A stretch of DNA of 64,000 bases from a virus (IMGVR_UViG_3300011728_000017); one strand, 5' to 3'; numbered from the stretch's first letter, positions 36,068 through 45,734 are shown. Notes: generated from the sequence alone by a model not told the origin. Program-made: numbers and translations.

Positions 36068-36634
36068 TTAACCTTTAATATAATAACGGAACGGGTTGAT
36101 ATGGAATGAAAGCATTGCACGATCCAGACCTTTCGGATCGGTTACTTCCTGTTTCAGTTTCCACCCGAAATAAACACGTAAACAGAACTGCACTTTGCCG
36201 ATCTTCAACCACGGCTTATAGACGAACAATCCCCAGGCCGAATCATTCCACATCAACAAATAACCGTGTCGTGTGGTATCTGAACCGCCTTCTGTTTTTG
36301 GGTTGCCTTTCCAGTAGAAAGCACTGGTTGCTTCACGTCCTAAAACGTTGTATGCGAAGTTATAAGCCTTGTTACGCCATAACCAACCCACACGCTGCAT
36401 GTACTCCCCGAAAGCCCCGAAATGGTATCTGATATCGTTCCAGCGCCTTATATGACCACCATCACCATCAATCGGGTTATCAAAGGTTTCCATCCATCTG
36501 AAACCAACTGGAAGATGTTTAGTTTTATCGCTGTAGAATGGCACCACAAACGGAGCCAGCAGGATAGCCAGAACACCAGTGATAATATCCAGGGGAACCA
36601 ATAACAGCCAACTAGCATATTTTAAATAACGCAT
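36068..36634 (-). CDS. Hypothetical membrane protein
   Basis: N-terminal TM (LLLVPLDIITGVLAILLAPFVVPF), Trp-rich; 188 aa. Confidence 0.5.
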   Translation of the reverse strand: MRYLKYASWLLLVPLDIITGVLAILLAPFVVPFYSDKTKHLPVGFRWMETFDNPIDGDGGHIRRWNDIRYHFGAFGEYMQRVGWLWRNKAYNFAYNVLGREATSAFYWKGNPKTEGGSDTTRHGYLLMWNDSAWGLFVYKPWLKIGKVQFCLRVYFGWKLKQEVTDPKGLDRAMLSFHINPFRYYIKG

Positions 36635-36644
36635 TCCCTACCCT

Positions 36645-36675
36645 TATAAAAAAGGCTATCCGAAGATAGCCTGAT
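36645..36675 (-). terminator. Terminator for the tRNA/small-RNA transcript (aggctatcttcggatagcct + TTTTTT on the - strand)
   Basis: UUCG hairpin plus U6. Confidence 0.6.
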
Positions 36676-36690
36676 GTTTAATCGAATTGA

Positions 36691-36819
36691 TGGGCTGGAA
36701 GTTTCTTTACTTCACCCCGCATTCCGGGGAACCTATTACCGGATACCAACAGAGCCTATCCCTTGAGATATGGTTGCATATTCCGAACCATTTAACCGCG
36801 TTGCGCTAGAACCCTAATT
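36691..36819 (-). ncRNA. Candidate structured stable RNA at the 3' end of the tRNA cluster (not foldable as a tRNA)
   Basis: On the - strand there are four or five consecutive stem-loops (ATGGTT/AACCAT, GGATA/TATCC, CCCCG/CGGGG, GAAGT/ACTTC) and no ORF; the T4 tRNA cluster likewise carries stable RNAs C and D. Confidence 0.35.
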
Positions 36820-36895
36820 TGGAGCAAGTGAAGAGACTCGAACTCTCAACAATCTGGATGGAAACCAGATATTCTACCAATTGAACTACACTTGC
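36820..36895 (-). tRNA. tRNA-Gly (anticodon UCC)
   Basis: Cloverleaf: acceptor GCAAGTG/CACTTGC, anticodon arm TCTGG-TTTCCAT-CCAGA, T-arm GAGAG-TTCGAGT-CTCTT, 3' CCA encoded. Confidence 0.75.
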
Positions 36896-36900
36896 GCATT

Positions 36901-36978
36901 TGGTGGCCCTTCCCGTGATTCGAACCGGGAACCTAACAATTATGAGTCGTTTGCTCTAACCAGTTGAGCTAAAGGGCC
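36901..36978 (-). tRNA. tRNA with CAU anticodon (Met or Ile-lysidine type)
   Basis: Acceptor GGCCCTT/AAGGGCC, D-arm GCTC..GAGC, anticodon loop CTCATAA, GGTTCGAATC T-loop (one bulge), 3' CCA encoded. Confidence 0.65.
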
Positions 36979-36984
36979 GAATTT

Positions 36985-37233
36985 TTAGAACTTGCTGCGA
37001 TAGAATTTAGCAACAACTTCGGGAACTGGTTTTGCGTATTTACATACGTCTTCATACTCGACAACGTATTTTGTCACTTCATCATTACGCGAGTCAAGTT
37101 TATTTTTAGTGGAATCGATGATCATTGCAGCCATCACATCAATACGCGCCGGGGCTTCGTCGATATCACCGGAGTTGAACAGTTCAGCGCCAAATTTAAC
37201 GGTTTCGGCAATAATAGATTGAATAGTTTTCAT
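36985..37233 (-). CDS. Hypothetical protein
   Basis: 82-aa ORF. Confidence 0.45.
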   Translation of the reverse strand: MKTIQSIIAETVKFGAELFNSGDIDEAPARIDVMAAMIIDSTKNKLDSRNDEVTKYVVEYEDVCKYAKPVPEVVAKFYRSKF

Positions 37234-37241
37234 AGTTTTTC

Positions 37242-37583
37242 TCAGATATTATAAATTGCTTGTACAGATTTGTAATGCGCAGTCACATATTTAGTATGTT
37301 TTTGCTTTGCTTCATCTTCGGTGATTACACCAGTAACCAGATCAGGATCAGGAACGTTAGCCATATGCGCATGAGGCAAAGGAACTTTCTTACCCAGCAG
37401 AAGTTTAGCCATATCTTCCGGCACTTCACTACCTACCGAAACCACCGTACCAAAACTAGGCTGTTCGCCCGTCTGACGATACCCAACCACAATACCACTT
37501 TCAGAAACGATTTCTGAACCTTGAGGACGTGCGGTCACTTCAATAACTACATATTCAAAGGATGCTTGTACTTTGAGAGACAT
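37242..37583 (-). CDS. 31: Head-assembly co-chaperonin gp31 (GroES analogue)
   Basis: 113 aa (T4 gp31 111); EYVVIEV...SESGIVVG...VVSVGSEVPE parallels T4 GEYVILVSEP..ESGLIIGK..VHSVGPDVPE. Confidence 0.75.
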   Translation of the reverse strand: MSLKVQASFEYVVIEVTARPQGSEIVSESGIVVGYRQTGEQPSFGTVVSVGSEVPEDMAKLLLGKKVPLPHAHMANVPDPDLVTGVITEDEAKQKHTKYVTAHYKSVQAIYNI

Positions 37584-37586
37584 ATA

Positions 37587-38159
37587 TTACTCATTGTTGC
37601 TTGTTATAATTTTGCTGAAATCGATATTCAATTCACAGCGTTCCATTTTATCAATCGTGATATGTCTGCCGATGTTTTTAATCCATTCGTCATTACCACG
37701 ATCATATTTATCCAGATAAACTATACGACCTAATGCGCTATGTGCTGCGTAAAGTTCAAGATGCTTTGCACAGTTAGGGCAAGGACTGGCAGTAGTATAA
37801 AGAGTTGCGTTTCTTAATTCAACTCCATCTAAATGAGCATTCATAATTACCCGCATTTCTGCGTGAATCTCATTATCGTTCGACCATGCAGAGTGAGCAG
37901 GGCGATGAACTGCTTTTAATTTCCCTTCTTCATTCAACATATGTGAACACACATGAGAACATACATTCTTGCGTTTATTATGAAATTCATTGTCGCGCAT
38001 AGAAGGAATATCGTTATAGGCCATCGCGACGATCTCACCATTCATTTCCAACAGAGCGCCAACTCTCGTAGAAATACAAGGAGATTCTTGTGAAAACTGA
38101 ACCGCGTATGACATAAGAGTTTTATCTTTATTAGTAATCATTTCGGAATCCAGAAGCAA
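37587..38159 (-). CDS. cd: dCMP deaminase
   Basis: Zinc-binding HAEMRVI ... PCPNCAK motifs; 190 aa (T4 Cd 193). Confidence 0.85.
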   Translation of the reverse strand: MLLDSEMITNKDKTLMSYAVQFSQESPCISTRVGALLEMNGEIVAMAYNDIPSMRDNEFHNKRKNVCSHVCSHMLNEEGKLKAVHRPAHSAWSNDNEIHAEMRVIMNAHLDGVELRNATLYTTASPCPNCAKHLELYAAHSALGRIVYLDKYDRGNDEWIKNIGRHITIDKMERCELNIDFSKIITSNNE

Positions 38160-38413
38160 TCGATAGAGAAAACGATCTCAAACATCTTTTTATCGTCGTT
38201 CCATTCTGTTCTTACGTCAATTCCACCAAAATTTAATTTATGCGTCAATCTTTTATCAAAAGATTCTGCGATAATAGTTCGAATCATTTTGTTGATATCG
38301 GTAAACGAAACACGGTAATCAGAAGGAATATCGGAATAATAACATTCGATGTTACTATCCTTCATAATTTGCATGAATACTATGTTCAGTGGATTTTGAT
38401 CCAGTGTAATCAT
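38138..38413 (-). CDS. Hypothetical small protein
   Basis: 91 aa. Confidence 0.4.
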   Translation of the reverse strand: MITLDQNPLNIVFMQIMKDSNIECYYSDIPSDYRVSFTDINKMIRTIIAESFDKRLTHKLNFGGIDVRTEWNDDKKMFEIVFSIDCFWIPK

Positions 38414-38763
38414 TTGTCGCCCATCTTACGCAATAAAGCACGAACGAATTCAGGGTTAGCCATAACTTTGTAATTTGAACCGGATTTAGTTGTTACCATT
38501 ACAACGCTTTGATCTTCGCTGATATCATATTCTACTACAGGACTGGTCATGATATCAATTTTAGTTCCTTCAAGAAATCCAAATACGCCGCCATCATAAC
38601 GCCCGTAATCTTCATCCATTAAAACAGGATCAACGATAGTATGTTTAATTCTCAAAACAGGTTCAACAATAGTATGTTTAATTGTCATAATAAGGACGCC
38701 AATTAACTTGATTAAATAAATCCCATTCGATGTGGAATTCTTGTTCGGTTTTAAATCCGTCAA
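38410..38763 (-). CDS. Hypothetical protein
   Basis: 117 aa, with internal tandem repeat HTIVEPVLRIKHTIVDPVL. Confidence 0.4.
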   Translation of the reverse strand: MTDLKPNKNSTSNGIYLIKLIGVLIMTIKHTIVEPVLRIKHTIVDPVLMDEDYGRYDGGVFGFLEGTKIDIMTSPVVEYDISEDQSVVMVTTKSGSNYKVMANPEFVRALLRKMGDK

Positions 38764-38959
38764 TTAGATTACCGCTAATAATCCGGCAATTAAATGATCT
38801 GCCCCCATTGGGTTGAAGATTAACGCCATATGCGGCGGGTAATCTATTCACCAGTTCATCGCAAAATTTTTGCAGATATTCGCGCAATTCGTGAGGGGTA
38901 TTGATTACAACTTTATCGTATGCAGGCCCGTTATACGGAATCCTTTCAAATCCAATCAT
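38678..38959 (-). CDS. Hypothetical small protein
   Basis: 93 aa; overlaps the previous ORF, so the start is uncertain. Confidence 0.35.
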   Translation of the reverse strand: MIGFERIPYNGPAYDKVVINTPHELREYLQKFCDELVNRLPAAYGVNLQPNGGRSFNCRIISGNLIDGFKTEQEFHIEWDLFNQVNWRPYYDN

Positions 38960-39015
38960 AATTTCTCCTTGTTGCGGGTAATTTACATCACCCGCATATT
39001 CAAGTCAAATCTATT

Positions 39016-39891
39016 TTAAAAATCACCGTAGTTAACTTGCAGACACGGGATTCCATTCATTCGCCACATACCAACAACACTATCGCGATCATCAACCGCC
39101 AGAACTGGACGATATTTAGCCATAATCTTTTCGGTCAAAATTTGTTCTTTGATTTCGATATCGTGTCGATGATCACCTTCTGGACGCATAAAGAAATCAT
39201 CCCATTCAAGACCAAACCGTTTGAGACTAGCAATAGTATCGTGACGACATTGCTGGGTATCTTCCCGGCCTGTAGCAATAACGATTTTCTTACCCTCATT
39301 GCGGTACATCTGCAAAAGTTCCTGGATATGGTAGTTTGCAGGATCGTCGATTACTTTCGTGAAATCATACGGGCTGCGATCACCGATAATCGTTAATGTT
39401 CCATCCACGTCAAAGATCACACATTCAGGCAGGTCAGGATCCATGAAATCTACAGCCGGAATCCACCCTCTACGCAGTCGATATAGTTTATACATATCCC
39501 AGAGACGACTAACAGGCAACGCCTCTATACCGCGCTTATGGTTGCGTCTTAGCAGTTCGACAATAGACACATCAAAGAACTGTTTATGGAAACTCGCTTT
39601 GTACAGTTCTGCGATCTGCTTCCATTTGATTAAATCTTTTTCATGCAGGTTGGTATCATGAACAATGACGTTTTTACCGCTTGTCAGGGCAACTACAACC
39701 GCTTCCTGTTGAATCCTGTTCATGATCTCTTCTTTTTCTTTAGTGAACTTGTAATTCTCAAGACCACCATAAAGAGTTGCGCGAATATCATCGCGGGAAA
39801 CCAGTAAAGTGTTTCCTGATTGTTTGGCTTCTTCTTTCGCCCATGTAGATTTCCCGCTACCCGCCACGCCAATAGTAATAGTCAACTTCAT
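39016..39891 (-). CDS. pseT: Polynucleotide 5'-kinase / 3'-phosphatase
   Basis: N-terminal kinase P-loop GVAGSGKST; C-terminal HAD phosphatase motif VIFDVDGTL; 291 aa (T4 301). Confidence 0.88.
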   Translation of the reverse strand: MKLTITIGVAGSGKSTWAKEEAKQSGNTLLVSRDDIRATLYGGLENYKFTKEKEEIMNRIQQEAVVVALTSGKNVIVHDTNLHEKDLIKWKQIAELYKASFHKQFFDVSIVELLRRNHKRGIEALPVSRLWDMYKLYRLRRGWIPAVDFMDPDLPECVIFDVDGTLTIIGDRSPYDFTKVIDDPANYHIQELLQMYRNEGKKIVIATGREDTQQCRHDTIASLKRFGLEWDDFFMRPEGDHRHDIEIKEQILTEKIMAKYRPVLAVDDRDSVVGMWRMNGIPCLQVNYGDF

Positions 39892-40082
39892 TTCACAATC
39901 TCGTATTCAACAACATAATTTTCGTTATTGTATTTTCCAATAAGATTAAATTCATGATCGTGTTCAGTAACAATCCACAACCCCGGTTTATCTAATACTT
40001 TATAAGTTTTACCAGGGATAATATCATAGAAAAATGAATCGATTATTTTGACTTGCATTTTTCCGCATACCCCAGAGTACAT
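39888..40082 (-). CDS. Hypothetical small protein
   Basis: 64 aa. Confidence 0.4.
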   Translation of the reverse strand: MYSGVCGKMQVKIIDSFFYDIIPGKTYKVLDKPGLWIVTEHDHEFNLIGKYNNENYVVEYEIVK

Positions 40083-40357
40083 AGAACATTATCCGTCTGA
40101 TCATTTTTCCGTTTAACGTCATTCAGCCAGCTACGGAAGATCAGAGAATCATTGTATGACAGAGCAACGTAAGGATTGCCATCATAAGGCATCACCAGAT
40201 ATTGCTTACCGTCGATCTCCCGGAGATCTGCAACCACCTTCCACTTCACCTGAACAGGATTGACCTTAGCAGGCAGAACAGGCAAGACCTTTTCCGGTAC
40301 TTTTTCAGCACAACCAGCCAGAAGCAATCCAACGACAAAAGCCATAGCAATTCTCAT
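40043..40357 (-). CDS. Outer-membrane lipoprotein, o-spanin candidate
   Basis: Lipobox LLLAGC after the signal peptide; overlaps the upstream i-spanin-like gene; position is analogous to T4 pseT.2. Confidence 0.55.
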   Translation of the reverse strand: MRIAMAFVVGLLLAGCAEKVPEKVLPVLPAKVNPVQVKWKVVADLREIDGKQYLVMPYDGNPYVALSYNDSLIFRSWLNDVKRKNDQTDNVLCTLGYAEKCKSK

Positions 40358-40677
40358 TTATCGAATTCCTTCATATACTCGTCGAACGATTTATTGATTT
40401 TGATTTCAACCAGACCGGGTTTCTCGAATAGAAGATGTTTCCGGCCTGCATCTTTCAGCAATTGCTGATCCGCTGCTTTGGCTTCGACATAATAAATCGT
40501 GTTTCCGGTATTGGTTTCTTTTACTGCTTTGATATCCTGATTCAGTTTCGTGATATCTTGTTTCAACTGATTGTTTTCTATCTTCGCGGAGACGGTCATA
40601 TAAAAGAGCGCCGCCAAAGACGACGCAACAATCAAAGGCCATACCAAAGAAGATAGCTTTGGAAAGGCTATATTCAT
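40354..40677 (-). CDS. Type-II inner-membrane protein with coiled coil, i-spanin candidate
   Basis: N-terminal TM, then a coiled coil (NNQLKQDITKLNQDIKAVKE); analogous to T4 pseT.3. Confidence 0.55.
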   Translation of the reverse strand: MNIAFPKLSSLVWPLIVASSLAALFYMTVSAKIENNQLKQDITKLNQDIKAVKETNTGNTIYYVEAKAADQQLLKDAGRKHLLFEKPGLVEIKINKSFDEYMKEFDK

Positions 40678-41822
40678 TTATATTCTTCCGGGTAATATTG
40701 ATCGCAATTTTTAACCATCGTTTCAATGATATCATCAACCAACTGTTGTTTGTCGGTATTAACGAAATAACGCATCATCGGCCCGAAAATGATTTTACCG
40801 TCTTGAGATAAATCAGAACTCAGAGCAACCGCGAAATCCTTACGAGATTTACCTTTGAGGGTTTCAATCGCAGTAAATGCTTTACTGGTAAGACGATTCA
40901 ATGAATCAAGGAACAGGTTTTCGAATGCATCAATTTTCTTTAAAGCAACGATATCATCAATGAATAACTGTTTCAAATCATCAACAGTATTTTCTGCGAT
41001 ATTCATGAACAGATCTTTATTGTTATTGATACTGTCTTTTGTGCGATGAAGATTCACATACCAGTTAGTTTTGATTTTGAAGAAACCAGTATCAGTTTTG
41101 ACTACATATCCTTCAAACCCAGTCATTTCATACACATCAGACACGAATTCTTCGAGACTGTCAAATATAACTGCTTCTTTCTTCACCAGATAACGACGCA
41201 GAATCGGATCATTAAACAGATCTTTATCACTGACGTATTCGCCTGTATCGTTATCACGAACGTTAAGGATCACAACACCCGGCTGTTCGTAGCCAATCAC
41301 TATACGGTTGCTTGGCGAAACATATTCCATGTTCACGGTATAACCATCTTTCACTAGCTCATACAGACGCGCCGCAAACTCAGGATCCTGATGAATCACC
41401 GACATTGCACACATAGCCTGGTCAGAGTTAACAGAGGCTTTTGATTTTGCGCCCAGATAACCGGAATCGTCGAACGTGGAGATCAGGGAACCATCTTCCT
41501 TGATCATAACACTCTCAATGCGCCCAATCTCAGCAGGAGCCTTTTCCAGTGCTTCCCATGCCTTTACTTCGGCATAGTTGAAAAACTTCGCCATAGGGCG
41601 ACTCAGGAGTTTTACAGGGGTATCGTTGTCCATCTGGAACATAATACCACGACATTCTAAAGCACCCGGTTTCAGCCAGTCCGAATATCCAGCCATCCGA
41701 TAAGAGAAAATGCGTACCGGGGTTTGCATCGGGGTTTTCTGGTCAACGAAAAAGAAAGAGTCGTTTTCAGCGCACAGATCAATTAACTGGTTATAAAGTT
41801 CTTCTTGTTTTTCACTCAACAT
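40674..41822 (-). CDS. rnlA: RNA ligase 1
   Basis: Alignable by recall to T4 Rnl1 (gp63): RIFSY..YSDWL.P.ALECRGIMF, KEDGSL (lysine-adenylation motif), EGYV; 382 aa against 374. Confidence 0.88.
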   Translation of the reverse strand: MLSEKQEELYNQLIDLCAENDSFFFVDQKTPMQTPVRIFSYRMAGYSDWLKPGALECRGIMFQMDNDTPVKLLSRPMAKFFNYAEVKAWEALEKAPAEIGRIESVMIKEDGSLISTFDDSGYLGAKSKASVNSDQAMCAMSVIHQDPEFAARLYELVKDGYTVNMEYVSPSNRIVIGYEQPGVVILNVRDNDTGEYVSDKDLFNDPILRRYLVKKEAVIFDSLEEFVSDVYEMTGFEGYVVKTDTGFFKIKTNWYVNLHRTKDSINNNKDLFMNIAENTVDDLKQLFIDDIVALKKIDAFENLFLDSLNRLTSKAFTAIETLKGKSRKDFAVALSSDLSQDGKIIFGPMMRYFVNTDKQQLVDDIIETMVKNCDQYYPEEYK

Positions 41823-42174
41823 GCATTTTATTCCATTCAGGATTATATTTCTTTATCATTTGAATTTCGAATTCATGATAAAATTCTTCGTTATGAGTAG
41901 TCACCCATAACATAACGTTTTTCTGTTTACGGATCGCGGTTTCGAGACGACAGGTCTTGAGAATATTGCTGGGGTTGGCAACTTTCCAGTATTTTGAATT
42001 GCGGTAAGTATCCATCCGTCGCCATAAATCACGACATTTCCCAATATAAACTATTTCATTATCGATTTCGATGAAGTAGACGCAATTTGTATAATCGCCT
42101 CCCTTCACGAAATTTCGGTCAATTCTTTTATCCTTTCCCAGCGATAAAGGAAAACCAACTGCGTGTATCATCAT
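41812..42174 (-). CDS. denA: GIY-YIG endonuclease, endonuclease II-like
   Basis: CVYFIE...EIVYIGKCRDLWRRMDTYRN (GIY-YIG with conserved Arg); position between rnlA and nrdB as in T4. Confidence 0.6.
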   Translation of the reverse strand: MMIHAVGFPLSLGKDKRIDRNFVKGGDYTNCVYFIEIDNEIVYIGKCRDLWRRMDTYRNSKYWKVANPSNILKTCRLETAIRKQKNVMLWVTTHNEEFYHEFEIQMIKKYNPEWNKMHVE

Positions 42175-42231
42175 ATATCCAGCTTATTTACCCAGAAGAA
42201 GGGGTTAATACCCCTTCGATATCATATTTTA

Positions 42232-43422
42232 TTAACTACGACGCATGTATTTTGATTGCCATTTTGAATATGCTTCATCGCTGATTTCCGTATTCAGGTT
42301 CCCTACCAGATAAGAACTCACTTCTACTTCTTGCGGAGCAACCTGGAGATTATCGCTACTCAGGTATTTTTTCATCCACGGATACGGGTTTTCAGTAATA
42401 CCGTAAGGAGAGATTAACCCTACTGATCGCATTCTCTGATCGGCAAGATGTTTAATATAAGCGGTCGTTGATTTCAGAGAAACGTTATCAACTTCACCCA
42501 CATCAAAAAGATGTTCCGCCCATTCGATTTCCTGATCAACTACTTCCACGAAAATCTTAATGGCTTCATCTTGATATTCTTTTGCGATCTGTTCCATTTC
42601 TGGATCGTCTTTACCCATCTGCATTAAACGAATAATACTTTGGGTTGACTTCTGGTGTAATGCTTCGTCACGGGCAATCAGGCGCATGATCTTAGCGTTA
42701 CCTTCCATAATTCCCAGTTCAGCGAAATTGAAGGTGAAACTAAACGACACGTAAAAACGAATTGCTTCGAGAGCGTTCACTGCATGTAAGCAGAGATACA
42801 GAGCGATTTTACATTTAGTCATTTGCTCTTTGTGTTCAGCTTTAAAACTAACCACAGCTTCATGCGTATCAGAATAACCGTGTTCTTTCAGACGTTCAAT
42901 TTTCAGCGAAATATTTTTCAGTTCATGACATTTTGCAATCAGGTCATCATAATAATGAGTGATTGATGCAGCACGTTTCATGATAGCCGGGTTATTCACG
43001 ATCCGGTCGAATTCTTTAGCCGGGTCAATATGCAGGTTTCGCTGAATATGGGTATAGCTGCGACTATGGATTGTTTCGCTGAATGCCCATGTAGTGATCC
43101 AGTTTTCTAGCGACACATCAGAACAGATATCAAGAAACGCCTTAATTGGTGCGCGTCCTTGTACAGTATCAAGCAATGTCTGATATTGCAAATTAGAATC
43201 GAAAATAATTTTCCATTCAGGAGACAATTTATCATATTGCATCCGATCAATCGCCAGTGGGATTTCTTCTGGACGCCAGAAAAATGATAATTGTTTTTCG
43301 GTCAGACTTTCAAATACAGAGTGTTTCTGTGATTCATATCGTGCAACCCCTAATTCTTCACCAAAAAACATAGGTTGTTCAAGGTGATTTAAATCCGGGC
43401 TAGTGTTCATTACTGTAGACAT
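42232..43422 (-). CDS. nrdB: Ribonucleotide reductase beta subunit
   Basis: Di-iron/tyrosyl radical motifs (WAFSETIHSRSYTHI, EALH); 396 aa, no intron interruption. Confidence 0.9.
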   Translation of the reverse strand: MSTVMNTSPDLNHLEQPMFFGEELGVARYESQKHSVFESLTEKQLSFFWRPEEIPLAIDRMQYDKLSPEWKIIFDSNLQYQTLLDTVQGRAPIKAFLDICSDVSLENWITTWAFSETIHSRSYTHIQRNLHIDPAKEFDRIVNNPAIMKRAASITHYYDDLIAKCHELKNISLKIERLKEHGYSDTHEAVVSFKAEHKEQMTKCKIALYLCLHAVNALEAIRFYVSFSFTFNFAELGIMEGNAKIMRLIARDEALHQKSTQSIIRLMQMGKDDPEMEQIAKEYQDEAIKIFVEVVDQEIEWAEHLFDVGEVDNVSLKSTTAYIKHLADQRMRSVGLISPYGITENPYPWMKKYLSSDNLQVAPQEVEVSSYLVGNLNTEISDEAYSKWQSKYMRRS

Positions 43423-43424
43423 AT

Positions 43425-43452
43425 TTTACCTATAAAAAGCCCCCAAACAGGG
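43425..43452 (-). terminator. Intercistronic hairpin aatgccccctgtttgggggcttt + TTT between nrdA and nrdB
   Basis: Inverted repeat plus U-run on the - strand; probably an attenuator rather than a full stop. Confidence 0.4.
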
Positions 43453-43465
43453 GGCATTAAATTAA

Positions 43466-45709
43466 TCAAATCTTACAACCGACACAATCATCTTCGGCTT
43501 CTTCTGTACCTTCACCGGAACCATCACGGGTATTATGGTAATACAGAGTTTTGACGCCGAAATAGTTAGCAAACAAAAGATCATCCAAACATTCTTCAAT
43601 CGCTACTTTTTTGTCAGGGAAATTCAGAGGATCGTAGTTGGTATTTGCTGAAATAGACTGATCAGTAAATTTCTGCATCACTGCAACGTGTGACAGATAT
43701 CCCTTATTTCCACGTTTTGCAATATCCCACAACAGATCATAAAAATCAAGTTGGTCATTCTGGTTAGGAACAACCTGGTTATACGTACCATCTTTAGAAG
43801 ATTTAACGCTTACCAGACCGCGAGGCGGTTCAATACCGTTGGTTGAGTTGCTAACCTGCGAACTACTTTCACACGGCATCAGAGCGGTAAGGGTTGAGTT
43901 GCGCAGACCATATTTTTTGATCTCACCACGCAGCCATTCCCAGTCACATTTATATGAAGGTGCAGCCAGTTCATCGACATTTTTGTTATACCAGTCGATA
44001 GGCAACAGACCTTTAGCATATTTTGTTTCGTGATACAGACCACATGCGCCGCGTTCTTTCGCCAACTCATTAGAAGCAACCAGAAGGTTAAATTGCAGTG
44101 CTTCCATCAGGCCGTGAACATCATCGCAGTATTTTTCCGAGTAATCAAGGTAATTACTGGCTAACCATGATGCATAGTTAGTAATGCCCACACCCAGAGA
44201 TCGACGTAATTTAGCCTTTAACGCGGCCTCTACGGGGTAATCCTGGTAATCCAGCAGATTATCAAGGGCGCGAACTGCAACGCGCGACAGGTGCGGAAAT
44301 TCGCTTATATCAGCGTTATCCAGCACGATAGCCATCAGCGTACACAGGCCAATTTCCCCGGCTAACTTATCTTTATCATCAAGCGGATCCGTTGGTAGCG
44401 TAATTTCCAGACACAGGTTCGACATTCGAACAGGAACAGCAAAACTACCTTGCTGGTTCACTTCGTCAACGTTGTAGATATAGATACGTCCTGTCTGTGC
44501 GCGTTCCTGCATCATCAGGCTGAACAATTCACGGGCTTTAATACGCTTTTTACGAATAGCCGGATCTTTTTCCAGTTGTGTATACAGTTTTTCAAATGCA
44601 TCAGCATCACGGAAATACAGATCGTATAATTCACCGTTGGCAACTTCTGGACTGAATAAAGTGATATAATCGTTATTCATCAAACGACGATACATTAAAT
44701 CGCTAATCTGAACACCGTAATCAAGGTGACGAATGCGGTTATCATCAACCCCTTTATTATTTTTCAGAACCAGTAAGGATTCAACTTCCAGATGCCAGAT
44801 CGGATAATAAGCAGTCGCAGCACCGCCACGAACACCACCCTGTGAACAGGATTTAACCGCCGTCTGAATATGTTTCCAGAATGGAATTACCCCGGTATGT
44901 ACAGCTTCACCACCACGAATTTTAGAACCCATTGCCCGGATCCGGCCTGCATTAACACCGATACCAGCACGTTGTGAAATGTATTTCACGATTGCCGACG
45001 TAACCGCGTTAATAGAATCAAGGCTATCACCGGATTCCATCACGACGCAACTACTAAACTGACGGGTTGGGGTACGAACACCGGACATAATCGGAGTTGG
45101 TAAAGACAGTTTACGATCAGAGATTGCGTTATAGAAATCCACGACGTGATTAAAGGCCATTAGTGTACGCGGTTCATCCTGGTGCAGACACATCGCAATA
45201 AGCATAAAGGCATATTGAGGAGTTTCGAAAATATCACCACTGGTACGATCCTGAACCAGATATTTCCCCATCAATTGCTGAACACCCGCATACGAGAATT
45301 CAAAATCTTTATCGTGGTTAATTTTCTCTTCGAAAAACTTAATATCATCAGGAGTCCATTTCGTAAGGATCTCTTTGTCGTATTTTCCTGACTCAACCAT
45401 TTTCACAATATGATCATAAAACGGAATTGGTTCAAACTGACCATATACATGTTTACGCAGTGCGAACATTTCGAGATTTGCTGATACATATTGCCAGTCT
45501 GGTTCATTGACAGAAATACGATCCGCTGCATACTTAATAGCGAGTCGTTGAACCTGGTTAGTTGTCATTCCATCGCGGATCAGATCAATAACATCATCAA
45601 CAAACTTATCTACATTAATATTGCGGCCTTCCGATGCCCAATTTAATACTTTATACAGCTTTTCTTTATAAAACGCCTGACTTACGCCAGAAGACTTAAT
45701 TAAATTCAT
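43466..45709 (-). CDS. nrdA: Ribonucleotide reductase alpha subunit
   Basis: 747 aa; ATP-cone N-terminus, catalytic Cys motifs, C-terminal CVGCKI-type tail. Confidence 0.9.
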   Translation of the reverse strand: MNLIKSSGVSQAFYKEKLYKVLNWASEGRNINVDKFVDDVIDLIRDGMTTNQVQRLAIKYAADRISVNEPDWQYVSANLEMFALRKHVYGQFEPIPFYDHIVKMVESGKYDKEILTKWTPDDIKFFEEKINHDKDFEFSYAGVQQLMGKYLVQDRTSGDIFETPQYAFMLIAMCLHQDEPRTLMAFNHVVDFYNAISDRKLSLPTPIMSGVRTPTRQFSSCVVMESGDSLDSINAVTSAIVKYISQRAGIGVNAGRIRAMGSKIRGGEAVHTGVIPFWKHIQTAVKSCSQGGVRGGAATAYYPIWHLEVESLLVLKNNKGVDDNRIRHLDYGVQISDLMYRRLMNNDYITLFSPEVANGELYDLYFRDADAFEKLYTQLEKDPAIRKKRIKARELFSLMMQERAQTGRIYIYNVDEVNQQGSFAVPVRMSNLCLEITLPTDPLDDKDKLAGEIGLCTLMAIVLDNADISEFPHLSRVAVRALDNLLDYQDYPVEAALKAKLRRSLGVGITNYASWLASNYLDYSEKYCDDVHGLMEALQFNLLVASNELAKERGACGLYHETKYAKGLLPIDWYNKNVDELAAPSYKCDWEWLRGEIKKYGLRNSTLTALMPCESSSQVSNSTNGIEPPRGLVSVKSSKDGTYNQVVPNQNDQLDFYDLLWDIAKRGNKGYLSHVAVMQKFTDQSISANTNYDPLNFPDKKVAIEECLDDLLFANYFGVKTLYYHNTRDGSGEGTEEAEDDCVGCKI

Positions 45710-45734
45710 ATTATACCTATTAAAAAAGGCGGTA

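Noticed and set aside
36691-36819. A possible third tRNA adjacent to tRNA-Gly
   Set aside because: It contains a GGTTCGGAAT-like segment, but no acceptor, D or anticodon stem arrangement gives a cloverleaf. It is better explained as a multi-hairpin small RNA or leader, and is reported as a low-confidence ncRNA candidate instead.
40406-40738. Alternative 110-aa ORF overlapping the i-spanin-like gene in another frame
   Set aside because: It is an Arg/Ser-rich frame-shifted product that overlaps the rnlA C-terminus. The 40354..40677 frame gives a proper TM plus coiled-coil protein coupled to the lipoprotein gene.
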